From Rhizophagus irregularis (taxonomy: Eukaryota): a DNA stretch of 64,000 nt. The DNA lies in NCBI RefSeq assembly GCF_026210795.1, contig NC_089434.1:1488001-1552000 (forward strand), given 5' to 3'. The notes beneath the pieces are model-generated. The model worked only from the letters and a program-made list of their open reading frames with translations. It was not told where the DNA came from and searched no databases. Each line of letters starts with the position of its first letter. The first letter of the stretch is position 1. Positions 1 to 14,877 of this stretch are shown piece after piece. The position numbers and the translations under genes are program-made.

Positions 1-2736
1 TTCAGGTAGACGAAGATAGCACCAATTTCTCTAAGTACCTGCACTACATGCATACCTTTATTATTATTTGAATCTTATTCGCTATCATTTATTCAATTGG
101 TAGCATCAAATTTAAATAAATGTTTTTGTCATTGTTCTTTAATAATAAAAGAATCGTATGTTATATAATGTCATATGTTTATCGCTCAATTTTGAATATT
201 TTTATTTAATACAATGATAATAGATGACTACAGGACCTTCATATGTATTCGATAAAAAAACTGGACGAAAGACTAAAAGATATATACAGTATTTTTTGTG
301 ATTTAAAGGTTACAAAATAAAATATTTCATATTCTTTTGATATCTTTAATAATAATTACCTCGAACTTTTGGTATAGCGATAAAATATATTACGCAGCTG
401 TTGAAGAAATTGGAAAGAATTACGTTTTACAGTTTGACGCTTCATCTAGATAGTAATCATCAATACTTAAAGTTATTTATTGATGGAAGTGAGATCACAC
501 TTATAAACAAATTTAAAAAACTACACCAAAATCAAGAAAAGTATGTTCGCTACATTCTTTTAATGGCTTGTTATTTTGGCTTGTTATTTACTAATATCTT
601 TAAAGAAAATCCCGAATATATCATTTTTATGTAGTAATTAATATTGATGATAAAAATAAATTTTCAGTGTTAAAAAATAAATAATGGAATTAAATGAAAA
701 ATAAGAGTGAAATTTCGAGAATTTTTATTTTTTTAAAAATAAGCTCAACTTTTAGAACAAATACGAGATTGATTGTAGTACAGTTAAATAATCTGGTTTT
801 AAAGTAGTTACAGTAACAGTATTTATACATAAATACATACTTCCCTTCGCAGATTACACCAGCCACTCATGCATTAACGGATATGATGATGAATGAGTTC
901 TAAAAGACAACAATTAAATGAGTTGAAAGATTTGGAAGACAAACCCTAGTAATAAAAATAATAATAAAAGAGTAGAAATTATTGCTTATACGCTTTATTT
1001 TATTCATAAGAGAAAACAATCCATAGAGATTTACTTGTTAAAAATAAAAACTCAACGCATTTAAAGATTTTAAGAGTTGCCAAAAAATCTACAAAAGTAA
1101 CAATCGTAAAGAAAAAGCACAAGTCGATGTCTGATTGCTGGATCAAGAAATGAATAATGCAATTGTGAACGTCGAATTGCAATTGTTAAGCGAGTGCTTA
1201 CATTTTGTAGACTTGCAGATACAACAATCATAATTCATTTCTGCTGTATCAAATATGCTGCGTGACCATCCCACGATGGACACAATTAATGGTACGAGAC
1301 CAAAAATTGTAACGGAAGGCCGATTTTATTACGATTAACATACAGTACAAGTAAAATCTTATAGTATATTAATTATTTTATTTGTCTGTTATAATAATTT
1401 TTTTTATTTAGGTCGAGATTCATAATAATCCAAATCTTCACCAAGAACAAAATGGTTAGATAATTCTTTAAAATTATATAAAAAGGAAATAATACACTTT
1501 TTATCTTAGTTTGTAAATTTAAATAATTTTATGTATACAATATAAAATCATTTGTTTTACGTATCTCGAATTTTCTTGTATGTTCGACTCTTAAGGAGGA
1601 ATTTTATTTAAAAGTGGCGCAACTTGGTGCATGATTTGTTAATTCCGCCTGATACTCCTTTAAACTATCGCAGAAATTAAGAAAGATTATAGGGATTTTA
1701 CTATTTTACTAATGTGATGACCTAAGGGGTGCATCATAAAAAGGGGGGGAACTTACACAAATTATATTTTTATAAAATTCATATGCAAAATATTAATTGT
1801 GCTCATAACCTCGAATTTATTTTTGTGACATTATTTACATTATTTATATTATTTATATTATTTATATTAAATGCGGGAGAAATTGGCTATTATAAGTTTA
1901 TAATAGAATATTATTTCGATCGTCAATTCGCATTATATATAATCATCATTAACGAAGGTATCACAACATTCATTGGACGAGATCCACGTTTTTGTGGCAT
2001 TTATCAATAAAAGAAAATGTCGGCGCAGCACACAGACCAATTAAAGTATATCCTACCTTTAAAGGGAAACAGAAGACTCCGATTATTAAATATGTTCATC
2101 GCCACTCATGCAGCCTTTCTATATTTTAATAGAATTCTTTGTGACTGTTACGTGTGGAGAAGATCATAATCTAAATTTGGGGATTGAAATTTTAATTTTT
2201 ATATAAACTCTAGATTTACTTTTTGTATCCCTTCACTCTCTTTATTTTTTTCGCTTAGTTCCCTTTAAGTAATAGAGACGTATCATATATTTTATCCTCC
2301 TTTTTATTATCGTCATTAAATTAATAGATAAATTGCATGTTATGTTTGTTACATTTTTTGATTTAAATAGAATTCTATAGTAAATTTCCAAAAATTGTTT
2401 GTCATTATTACGACTATTGCATTATTAACATTTGCATCATATTTGCATCAAAAAAGTTGTTTTTTTTTTTTTTTGAAAAAAAGAGAAACCTTATTTTTTT
2501 TTGGAAGATAATTTTAGTTTCTCCTTAACATTATTACATAAAAATATCGCATAAATTACCACGTTACAAAAAAAAACTACACTTTTACTCACACAAATAT
2601 TAACCATACACAAAAGATCATATTTCTTCTTTCAATGTCATAATTCTACATTCTTTTATTTTCCAACGGGGGAAGAAATAAATAAATAAATAAAAACATC
2701 CCTTTTTTAAAAAATTATTTATTTCCTAAAAAAATC

Positions 2737-5222
2737 ATGATGACTGGCCCCTTTTCTTCAAAAAAAATATCGATATGTAATTTAATATTTAGTTTTTTAT
2801 TATTATTTGGAAATTATTATATAAATTATGTTGATGCAAAATTATTATTATATGACAAAGAAAATAATGAGATTGATTCTTTAAAAAATTTTGATTTATC
2901 ATTTTTAAAAAATTCTGATAAAAATAATTATTATAATAATGACGTTATTATTAGAGGAAAAATAGAATTTGCTAAATTTATAGAGAGAGATCAAAATGAA
3001 TCTGATGGTTTATTATTTGCTCCTTGTACTCTAAATCCTATTCCAATAGGAGTTGCTTTATTGGTTATTCCTTTTGGTAGTGTTAATGGTACCCAATCTT
3101 GTGATACATTGTCTGACTTGATATTAAGGTGAGTTGGTAAGTTTAAGTTATTTGAACTTTAAAATTTTTTTCTCTTGTAAGAAATTAAATAATTTTTTCC
3201 TTGCAGGAATAAATGGATAACACAAGATTTGATCTTACCCGATAATTTTCAAAATGGTTTGCCCGAAGGAACGACAATATTACCTAATGGAACGTATTCA
3301 ATACCACAAAATAATCCATCATTACTATCAACAAAAACATTTTCAAAAAGAAATGAACATTTTATAAATAGAAATGAAATGAATAATAAGATCATAATGA
3401 GAAAACGAGGAGAGTCAACTTCTGGAGTACCGCAAGTTATTTTATTTACATCTATGAATAATGGAGATCCCGGAATTAAAGAACCATTTGCGGTTGATCG
3501 TGATTTATTTAAAGATTTTAAAGTGGGCGTAACCCTGCTCCTTAGAAATGACATGTTACATTTGGAATCTCTGACTTCAACAATAGATAATGTTGTTATT
3601 ACCTCAGGTAAGAGAAAAATTAATCTATTTTTAATAATAAATTTATAGCCATTTCACCTACCCCGCAATCTTTTCTTACCTTTATCTTTTTTTATCTTTA
3701 TAAAGATGTTGGTCCATGGATGAGGTTAATTAATAGTCAAGATTTACTAGCATGGACAATTAATTGGGGAGTAACTTTTGGTGCTATATTTGCATTTACA
3801 ATATATTCCATAATATGCTTCCTTGATTTATGGGATTTTGTCCTTAATAATCCAAACATGTATATTCTGCCAGGAATAGCATTTAGTTCTCTCGGTAATT
3901 AGATTTTTTTCTGCTATTTAATTTATTTTAATATGACATTAAGATTAAATATACTTACATAATTTAAAACTTTATATAGCATCACTAATCATATTGGTTG
4001 TTGATCCTGACAACGTACGAGAACGTTTTTCATTAGTTGGATTCACTATTTTTAGTGAACTTAATTATTTAATTTTATGTTTACTTTACGTGATATTACT
4101 ATTTTCATGGTAATTTATTTATTTTATCTTATTTATTTTTTCAAAATCTCCAATTAAATAATTTATTAATAAATTTTTTCTTAAATAGGGTTAGAGCGGC
4201 GAGAGAAATAACATTGTTTGATATAAGATTATCATCGGTCGTCAGAATTTCAACACGCATTTATCGCCATGTTTTATATTTAAATATATTATTAATTTTA
4301 ATAACATTTATCATTCGCATATTGGAACGAACAAATTTAAATATTGAAAATATATTTATTCCATCAATTATATGGGAAATTATTTTCATTGCATTAATGA
4401 ATATTGGATTTTTATCATTTGGTATATTTATGATATTGGCTTTGGCGACTGACCGAGAGGTTAAACAAAAAATTGGTGAATCTTTGGTTTTCAAATTTTC
4501 TAACAAGGCTGATAAAGAGAAAGCTATTAAAGTAAGGAAATATGCTATATTTTTTTTATCTTTTTTATAGTCTGAATCAAGAGTAATAATAATCTTTTTT
4601 TTTTATATTTACCGTATATATTAGGTATTTATTATAATGACTATTTTCATGGTTTCATTTTCATTCTTGACCATCTCGAATGTATTTGTATCATCACTTT
4701 CTCCAACTGTATCGAACTTTTGGAAATCTAGAGTAAGTTACAATAATTATATTCGTCTTGTCGGATTTAGTCTTTTTTTTTTACTAATCCATTATTTTTT
4801 CGAATTTTCCTTAGACCACAAAAGATACGTCAACCTCATTGTCAATGATTTCAATGTTATTTTTACTTCGATCAAAGTCATTTTCACGATACTTGGTTAA
4901 TCCATCATCATCATTACTTACTACACGTCCATCATCGCGTTCGTTAATACCAACACCAGAACAAATAGCAGAAGATGAAAGGAGGAATTCTGCAGCTTAT
5001 ACAATACGTACAGCTGTTGTTCGTCCCGAACCATCTTATAAAATGAACCCGAATCGTATTTCTGTTGATATGTCATTAGGAACGGGTGAAATTAGAAACA
5101 ATTCTCCATCTATAGCATTAATAAATAATAATAATGGTACTATAAGTGACGGTGATGGAAGAAAGAAAGATAATTTCCTTAAAAGTGAAGGGAATGGTAA
5201 TTTTGATGTTATTGATCTTTGA
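2737..5222 (+). CDS. Multi-exon membrane protein: signal peptide, extracellular domain, ~7 TM helices and Ser-rich cytoplasmic tail (GPCR-like, family unassigned)
   Basis: ORFs 2737, 3229, 3720, 4214, 4637 and 4839 are joined by GT..AG introns (e.g. gtgagt 3129, ttgcag 3206, gtaaga 3608). Hydrophobic N-terminus LIFSFLLLFG; several TM-like stretches in the later exons. Confidence 0.7.
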
Positions 5223-6651
5223 TTTTCATATGATCATTTTATGAACTATTGAACAATATTATTATCATCTTATCATCATAAATTTTTTTTTTTATTTTTT
5301 TGTCAAGTAGATTACATTTGATCTTTGAGAAGATTATTCTATTATTGTATAGTTTTTTTTATCATCTTGTATTTAAAATAATTTTTTTTTATCTTACTGA
5401 GCATTTTTCATTTTTCATTTTTTTATTTAATTTTTTTAAAAAAAATTCAGTTCCTAAATTATAATATTTTTTTTTTATTTTTTAGAAAGAATTTTTATTA
5501 CCATGTTTTTAGAATTAAAATTTTTTAAAAAATAGACCATAAAGATCATAAAAAAAAAAGAAAGATTTTTTTTATATAAATGAATCCTTTTCTTGATTAT
5601 CCTTTTTATTTTTATTTTTTACTTTTATTAATTTTATTTAATTTTTTTTTAAAAAAAAAATGAATTAATGAAATAATTTTTTTATTTCTATTTTCAATTA
5701 TCATTATTTATTCTTTTTTTTTCTTTTTCTTTTTCTGTAATTTAATTTAATATAAAAACTATACGATAATTTCTTTTTACGCGTTTTGGCATTATCTTTA
5801 TTAAAGTTGCCGATTTTGACACTAACATTTCAATTATTCATGTGATCGATTAAGCAATCTATTCCGTTTTCATACGAAACTTGATATCCTGAGCCAAAGA
5901 ACCTACTTTGATGCATTTTATTAGACAAATCGAATGGTAGTAAGATCATCTTTCTACGATCAATATTGGCAGAGTTATGATACAATAAAGATTTTAAGTA
6001 TAATTTTTTAGTCAAAATTATGTTAATTTTTGATCAAGTAATGTATCTCACATTTTTTAGCAGGAAAATGTCAAGGGTTTGATAACAAAATGAATGAATT
6101 GGCTTTTTTTTTGTCACAACCTTTATCTGTGCACGTAATCAGCTTCAATTATTATAAAAAGCTTTTGAAATAACTACTGAATCTTTGATATAAAACAAAT
6201 ATGATTTAGATTTTAAAATACATTAGACACATAATACTTTAATTTTATTTGGTAAAAAAAAAGCGGAAATAGAAATAAAAAAAAATCTTATTAAAAATCT
6301 TACATACAAAAAGCGATGGTATTTTCTAATGAACGATAAGAATGATATGTTACAAAAAAAATAAAGTTCAAATAGTTCAAATTCGTAATATGTGAGTTAA
6401 TTGAAATAATAAAAAAAAAAATGATAAAATATTATTAGTGTGAAATTAAAAATTTTTACAATAGACTCAACAATCACGAAAAAGTTTGCGCTTGCAAGTT
6501 ATTTATATTTTCTTTTTGCCCTTTTTTTGTTTTTTTTTGTTTTTTTTCTTTTTTTTCTTTTTTTTATAATTATAAAAAAATGATAAATAATAAAGAAGGA
6601 AAGTTAGGACAAGAAACGAACCATTTTCTCAGTATTAAAATATATGTAGTA

Positions 6652-9600
6652 TTACAGAAAATGAGTAGGACATTCTCTCCCTTTCCCTTTATTGAACCAA
6701 TCTTGTAAACAATGATTGTGGTATGAACAAAAACAGTTCAGTCTTGCGACGTCTTCGCCTATAAAAATAAATATAAATTTTTTTTTTAAAAAAAAAAACA
6801 TAAAAAACATAACAATAATATGGTTTCTTGCTGGTAGAAAAAGGATAATAATTCAAAATCTGATTTTATGTTAATAAATATATGATATTGAAATAATCAA
6901 CAAAAAAATGTTGATTTAAATCGTTGATTTTAACATTTAAATCAGATTTAAATTCTTGAATTTCTAAATTATCACCCTTCCTAATTACAAGTGCCCATAT
7001 AATTGGATAATTAATACTTACCGGAAAGGAATTCTTCGAGACAAATGGGACATTCTTGACCAACGAGGGGGTTATTTTGAGGGAGTTTGTAGACTGTAAA
7101 TAAAATGATTCCGATTTGATGTGGCATGTGAATGGTTGAATGGGGAAAAATAAAGGAATGTGGTAGAAGTGTACCAACACAAAGGAAGCAAGACAAGAAA
7201 CCGCGAATAAGTTATAATAATGTTTTTTTTTTTCGCCAATGAGATATATAGTTCTTTCTTGCTACCCTGTAATTTGTTCCTCACCCACATATTTATAACC
7301 GCTAATTCCGTTGCCGCTGTTGTTATCGACACAATTGCTGATGTGTTCTTGAGCAGATTTTCCTCCCGATAATGGTACATTACAGACAGGACATTCGGTC
7401 ATGGTAGAGTTATTGCTCATACGTCTTCTATGATTCATGGTAGATGAACTAGAAACAATTGTTGCCGAAGTAAAGCTATTGGATCTCGGTCGAGATCGCA
7501 ACGATTGGTAACATGTATCACACACGCGATGGTGGTGATGAGGCTGACTTGCTTCCCCACTTTGAGATGGATCAGTAAGCACTTGATCTGACGGTAAAGA
7601 AACTCTTGCCGTAGAACACCTATCACAAACCACTTGACCACATCGTCTAGTTTAGTTCATAAAAAAAAAATTCAAAAAATAATAATATTAAAAAGAAAAA
7701 AAAAATACTATTATCCATATCGACTTTTTTGATTTTTTTTATAAAAATTTATTAGTCTCATCTTTACGAACCTGCAATGATGTCTCCTAATCCATAAACC
7801 AAACTTCTTACGACATCTTCGACACTCTTGTACATCTTCATCATTCTCCCATTTACCAAAAGGAGTAATATTATTTGCTTGCACATTTGCAACGGTTAAA
7901 CCTAGTTGAGCATGTGCACGTGTTGGAGATACCACGGATGATTCACCAAAAAATGTAACCGCGTCATCACTTTGAAAAGTATGATTCCATGGACTTTCCG
8001 TTGTTTCATTACTTTTAAGACTTAATGTCGATGGAGCATGTAAGTTCGTTATTGTGGGAGCAACACTATTTGGTCGACTAGCTGGAGTTACAGGAGATGA
8101 TTCTATCCTAAATGGAGTTGGTGATGACGACTTTGAGATTGTTGGGGTTATTGGGACATCTTTAAAGCTTGGACTAGTAGGAGCTGTACCAGTATCAATT
8201 CTTTTTATTCTATTATCTAAATGCTCAGCATGAGCCAAAAAAGTATTTGCAAGAGATTTGGCTTCTTCTTTACGTGTTTGATTAGTATCATCTAAAATTG
8301 AAAGAATAATAAAAGTATAAATAAATATTTATAAAAGGATTATTCTTCCTAATCTAAAGGAAAAAAAAAAAAGTAAAAACATACTTTTGCTTCCAGATAA
8401 TAAAATATCTATTGCTTCCGTATATTGTGCTAATTGATCAGCTTCACTAGCAGATTTTTTATTAATAATCGATTCAGCTCGCTTAACATAATCGACACCA
8501 TCAATTTGAGTATTGTTTTCTGAAACAAATTGTAAAACATTTCCTCCATCTTTTGAAACATCAACAACACGTTTCATGACACGAACCCATCTTCTTCTTC
8601 TGACCCAACTTCCGCTATTGGTTAATGGTGAAGTGTACCAATTTTTTTCATTTTCTTCAAAATTTTTAGCATATTGCCACCCTTGCGAGTCAACACGTGG
8701 ATGTGTCATATCAATTTGCCAATCAGTTACCCAGAACCAAGAATTGCGTGATTTTGAAGCAGTTGCATTAGAAATAGTTGAAGCAGATGATGAAATAGCA
8801 GCAACAGGTAATTTAACTTCATCTTTTGTAGTAGGTCTACCATCGGGAAGTGACCAAGGTCCTCGAAAATCATTTTTCAATAAGTTATTAGAAGAATATT
8901 TTGGTGATCCACGAAGAGACAAACCAAATGAAGTAGCAGAACGTTGGTTTTCATGAATAATGACGGGAACAGTAATATGGCAATCATTAACATTATAGGG
9001 TTTATCAAAGTTTGGCATATCAGCAAGTTCTTTAAATGATGTGGCTATAAATTATAAAAAAGGTAAATTAAATTCATTTATATAAAAACGTAAATTAATA
9101 AAACTAATACATACGATTGGGTAATGCTCTTTTTCCTTTCCACCATTCGCGTTCTGCTTTTTCTAATAATCCACAAATATATATTTCTTGACTTGTAGCG
9201 GCAACATCATATGCATTTTCATTAAGTCTATTTTTTATGAAAGGATTTGAATGATGGTCTAAAAGGTATTCAACAGTTTCAATATTTCCTTTTGATGCAG
9301 CATTCACTAAAAATAAATGAAATAATATTTAGAAATCAAAAGAGGATCAATTTTAATTAGCAAAAATTAACAAATTATACACTTACTTAATGGAGTATAA
9401 CCTTTACTACTCTTCACATCAATATCAGCTTTAGTATATTCAATAAAATATTTTACGATCTTTAAATGACCTTGAGCGGAAGCATTATGCAATGCAGTCC
9501 AACCATCATTGTCTCTCAAAGAAACATTAGCATCCTTTTGTATAAGTAAAGCAACAACTGAAGAATGACCATTATAAGAAGCTTTTAGGAGAGCCGTCTA

Positions 9601-10099
9601 AAAGGGAGAAAAAAAAATCTTAATCTAATGAAGATCATCTTAATAAAAGCAAAAGATCAAGCTCACGTACTTCTCCAGTTTGATCCTCAAGATCAACAAT
9701 AGCTCCAGCATCAATCAACCATTTAACAATATCATAATGGCCACGCGAAGCAGCATAATGAAGAGGTGTCAGACCAGAAGAAGGACTGAAATCATTTGCA
9801 AGCAAAAATGCGGATGATGTTTCACCGGAACCTTGAGGAGCAAGTAACTCTTTAACCCTAGTGAAATTACCAGCAGCTGCTGCATCATGAATATCTAGGT
9901 CGCCTTCGATTGAACCGTCCTCAGAATATCGAGGATAACTTGTTGTAGTAGTTCCACGAAGATTATTATTATTAGGAAGCTTAAGTTGTTTCAAGTGAAT
10001 GTTCCCATAATAACGATGAGCTTCCCCAGCAATGGGAGGAATCACCACCTCAGGGATCTCAGGGATCCGCATTGGAGCGAGTAACGGAGAAGATACCAT
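6652..10099 (-). CDS. Ankyrin-repeat + dysferlin/Pex24-type (DysF) + FYVE + RING-H2 protein (Pib1-like C-terminus)
   Basis: Ankyrin repeats (GLTPLHYAASRGH, GWTALHNASAQGH, GYTPLMNAASKG). DysF signature WFWVTDWQID..GWQYA..WVRRRRWVR. FYVE WENDEDVQECRRC..RRHHCR..RVCDTC. RING ECPICLEEF..RLNCFCSYHNHCLQDWF..ECPTH. Stop at 6652-6654. Confidence 0.85.
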
Positions 10100-11423
10100 C
10101 TTCTAAAAGTATTTTTAGTATCTTCTTTAAATTCAGTAGAAATATTATTATTCACGTTGAATCGTTGATTTAGTTTCAAAAGTGTCGTTATAACTTTTTT
10201 ATATATATTAATGCAGTATAATATTTAGACCTTTATTTTTTTCTCTGTATTTTTAAGTTTTTAAACATCAGTGATTTGATTCACAGTAGCGTGACAAATA
10301 GACAATCCATATTCCATGGTTTTTTTTGCTGGACCCTATTTGGGATACAAATAGGAATGCAGCATTTCAGCCATATGGCATGAATATTAGTATAATTGGT
10401 CGGTACAATGATACAATAGCACGTATTACATGTTGTGATACCAAAAAACTTGCGTTTATGCAGATATCGCTAAAAAATTCTATTTATCAAAAAAAAAAAA
10501 AAAATATTATTAAAAAATAAAAATAAATGAAAATTATAGAAAAAATCCGCGTAATTTGAAGTTACTCCGAGAATTTAATCAAAACATTAAAATAAAAGTC
10601 TCAATTTCCTAATTATGGTATATATGTTAAATTAAAATCATCATATAATCATATAAAATTTCTATAATTAGTAAAAAAAAAATACGGAGTTTTTGCTCCG
10701 TAATCTTTTTTCTTAAATTTGGAAAAGTAGAGTAAAACCCCTAATCATTTTGGTAAACCAAATGACCAAAATGGGAGATCCAATAATATTTTTGCGCAAA
10801 AAAGTTCGTCCATTTAAACTAACTTTGAAATAATCAATTATATAATTATTAAAGTTGAATAAGGAAATTTTTTAAGTCAAAATTATTTTATAAGTTCATG
10901 AACTCGTGATCTCTTTTAAATTTTAACAAAAAAGATAAAGATTCTTTGAAAACAATATTAAACAACAATATTTATCAAGTAATACAATCTTTTTGATGCA
11001 ATTTTCTGCAATTAAAAAAAAACTTGCTTTTAACAGTTACTTTTTTTTTTAAAATAAATAATAATTTTAATTTAAAATAAATAAATTATTTTTTTTCGCT
11101 TTGATAAATGATATTAAAATTTAACAAATGATATTAAAATGGAATATTATTATTTGATAATGATAAATGATTTGAATGATATATAATAAATTAATTAATT
11201 GATAAGATTAAAAATATGTAATTATGATAACTATTTACATTTTTTTTTAAAAAAAAAAATAAGAAAGATCTGCTATTATTATTAGATTATTGATGTTTTA
11301 ACTTAATTGTAAAAAATTTTTTTTCCATAGTATTTTTTGATACCCCGATCACAAAACTCGAAAGTTAAAAGTAATCGAGTAACCAAAAAAAAAATTATTT
11401 ATTATTTAAAAAAAAATTTTTTA

Positions 11424-13856
11424 CTACCTTATAAATATGCATATATATGTTATGTTGATGAATAATAATATGTACACATAATGTCGTGTATCAAGCATGA
11501 AAAAAATATGCCATGCAACAATGTGACTTGATTTTAGCCAGATTTTTACATGAAATGCTTTTCTAAGCTTGATGTCTGTTGTTTTGGTTGGTTTCATAAT
11601 TTTGTGGTGGTGGAAACTTTCATTAATGTGGTGATTTTTATGATTTTTGCGATTTTTAAGGACATAGTTTGGAAAGACACCAAGCACCAATTCCAAGAAC
11701 TACTACGCCAATCGATCCCTATTAATCATAAAAAGAATTTAGTAAATTGTTTTAATTATTTTTAGAAAATTTTTTTTCATTATTTAACAAATTTTACTCA
11801 CCTTAACGAATAGAGATCTTTTGAACTTCTTATTAAATCTTTTATCTTCCACATTTACAGTTTCCGTTGTACGATCGTTGGTCATTTCACATTCTTTGAT
11901 AGGTTCGGATTCTTGCTTCTTGTGACGGCGCCACATTCCTTCATGTGAGCAGGTTAACCGTCGTACTTCTTCCTCAACTCTTATATCAAATTCCACTTGT
12001 AAATTTTTCGCTCGTTCCCGTTCCTTATCAGCTTCATCCTTTAAGTTTTTATTAAGGGATTCGATTTTCATCAATTGCTCGACAAGGAAAGAGTATTCGG
12101 TATCATTCTTTCTAGCCGCTTCTTCAAGATGTTGTATGCGAGATAAGAGAGTAATCCTCTCTTCATCAAATTTCTTAATAGCTTCATCTCGGTTTTCTAT
12201 TCGGTTTCCATATGATTCTCCAACAGAACGAAGTTCCTCAATAGTTTTCATAGCTTCATTATATTTATTTGCATATAACTGAAACTCTCTACACTTCTTT
12301 TGTGACGCGTGAAGTTCTTTTTCGGCTCTCTTGAGTTGATCACGAGCATCTTCAAGAAAATATTGAGTATTTGATAATTCATCCGTTATTTTCGTGAGTT
12401 GTTCCTCTAAATCCTTAGATTGACTAGTTTCCGTTTGACTATGACCTGCGCCTTTTAATAGATCTTCTAGAGCTCTAATCTTAGATTCGGACTCTTTGCA
12501 CTTGTCTTCGAGTTCGGATGTTTTCTGATTAGAATATTTACACTTTTGTTCAAGATGAATAACTTTATTATCAGATTCCTTGTACTTTTCTTCCAACTCG
12601 GTAATTTTATTTTCGGATATGGTACATTTTTGTTCTAATTCAGTAACTCTTTTCTCAGAGGCAGCGCATTTTTCTTTTAATTCAACAACTTTTTTATCAG
12701 ATACCATAAATTTTTCTTTATACTCTCTTTGAGAACTTATGGCCTCATTTAATTTCATTTCCGTTTCTTTAAGTCTAATTTGAGCTTCTTCGAGTTTTGA
12801 ATTAGATTCTTCATAGAATCGAAGATCCATTGCCTTATCAGCAAAAGTTACCTATATAGAAAAAAATAAATAATGAATAAGATAAAATAAATAAATAAAT
12901 AGAAATTTCAAACTAAATATAAAAATCATTACTTACTCGTTTGCCTCTTGATTCTAATGTATTAGTAGCATCATTAAACATGCTACCAAGTTCTGAAAGG
13001 TATCGCGACTCAGCGCGTGCACGTTCTAATTCAGTCTGAAAATAATACAATGATTTAACACGTTATATAAATCAAAATAAAGAAAAATCCTTTGAAATAT
13101 TCATACCTCTAACATTGTTAATAAAGAATTTTCGGTATTGGAAGAAGGATGTTGAGTTCTGTTGCCACGTCGCTTAGTACTCATCTGAATGATAAAAAGA
13201 TTGAAGATTAGTTTATTTTATACGAAAAAAAAAAAATATATATATTTTTTTTTATAAATAACTTAAATAAATTTTTATAAAACAACTTGATAAATAACTT
13301 GATAAATTTTTATACATACATGACCATTTGTAATAACTTTTTGATGTTCCATTCCATTCATTCCATTCGCTCCATTGACCCCAACATCATAAAGTTCATT
13401 CCCGGCTTGCGAGAAGTAAACTTTTGCGGCAACTTTACGGAACATCAATTTCTTATCTTGTTCATTAACAATATCAACTCCAAATTCCAAATCATCACCA
13501 TGTCTGAGTTCAATAGGACTACTCTCTTTACCTTCAGCACTTAATCTTTTACCATTTATGAACGTACCGTTACTAGATTTCGAATCTTTGATAAAAACTT
13601 GATTATTACGAAAAATAATTTCAGCATGGTATCTTGATAGTACCTTGCTATCAAAATAACCATTTGACTCCGCTGGAGCCGTGTTTTTATTAGTCATTCT
13701 ACCAATTCTAATACTATTTCCATCAGTTAAAGTTATTCTCTTTTGTTGAAAAGTATCATTAACTGGGTCAAGTATTATTGTGATCCCTCCTCCATAGGTT
13801 TGGTTTTGGTTTTGTCTTTGACCTTGAATCCACATTTTATCAATCGTTAAATCCAT
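11424..13856 (-). CDS. FHA-domain coiled-coil protein with C-terminal hydrophobic tail (Far9/Far10/Vps64/SLMAP-like, STRIPAK subunit)
   Basis: FHA motif IGR..NGYFDSKVLSRYHAEI..IKDSKSSNGTFING; long coiled coil (ORF 11784-12830); hydrophobic C-terminus. The 3' end is approximate. Confidence 0.8.
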
Positions 13857-14816
13857 ATTGCGTATATTTAAATATATTTTAAGAACGGAGGACCTAATAC
13901 AAGAAGAAAAACGCGCAAAAAAAAAAAAAAAAAATATTATAATCTCGAAATAACATTTTACGTTCTTTTTAATAATTCTATGAAAAATTCCCACACTTTA
14001 TATTCTTTATGATAATTCAAACATATCAATATATTCCTTAGTTTATAAAGTTATGAAAATTTCAACTTACTTTTTGGATTTTTTTTTGGAATTTTTAAAG
14101 AAGGGTATTTTCTATCTATCTTTTTTTTTTTTTATCAAGGAAAGTTTTTTAAATAAAAATTTTTTTTTTCTTTTCTTTTTCTTTGTTTATATAAATAAAA
14201 AATTTATACAAATAAGAGAAAAAATAAATAACTTGATCGTAGAAATTTTTTCTCCGGGAAGGAAAGAAAAAACTTTTATTTACTTTCAAGTTATTGTACG
14301 TAAAAAAAAAACAAAACGTTTTTGGGTAATCAAAATAATAATTACAAAAAAAAAAAATTTGTGTAATAATAATAATTTTTCAACATGAGCAACAACATGA
14401 CCAACAGGATTTTTGTAAATCGCTTCGAAAAATGATATTGTTAATTATTTGTAATTATTGTTACAAAGTATGTCAGATTAAAATCAGGTGACCCGTTAAA
14501 ACACGGGAAATTCAAAATTTCTTTAACTATTTTTTTTTTTTCGAACCATTTTCGGTATATTTTCTGTTAAAGAAATTCCGTAAAAAAAAACAAAAAACAC
14601 TTTAACACAATCATTTTTAAAATTTCAATTCTTCTTTCTTCGGAAAGGAAAGGATTAGTGATTTTGAAATATTTTTTTGTGATTCAATATGAATCATTTA
14701 CAAAATACAGAAAAATACAGATTTACAAACTTTTTTCATATTGTAACATTAATTTTTTTTCTTCTAAAGAATTTAAGAATTTTAAAATTTTTCTTATGAT
14801 GATAATAGATTATGAT

Positions 14817-14877
14817 TTACTTTTGTACTTTTTGTACTTTTTGTTACTTTTTTGTTACTTTTTGTTACTTTTTGTTA
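14817..14877. repeat. Short tandem repeat (TACTTTTTG/TACTTTTTTGT) x ~6
   Basis: Directly visible 9-11 bp units. Confidence 0.8.

Noticed and set aside
8513..8956. 147-aa + strand ORF and similar antisense ORFs (3249, 4261, 13287, 16067, 39085)
   Set aside because: They are antisense shadows of real exons.
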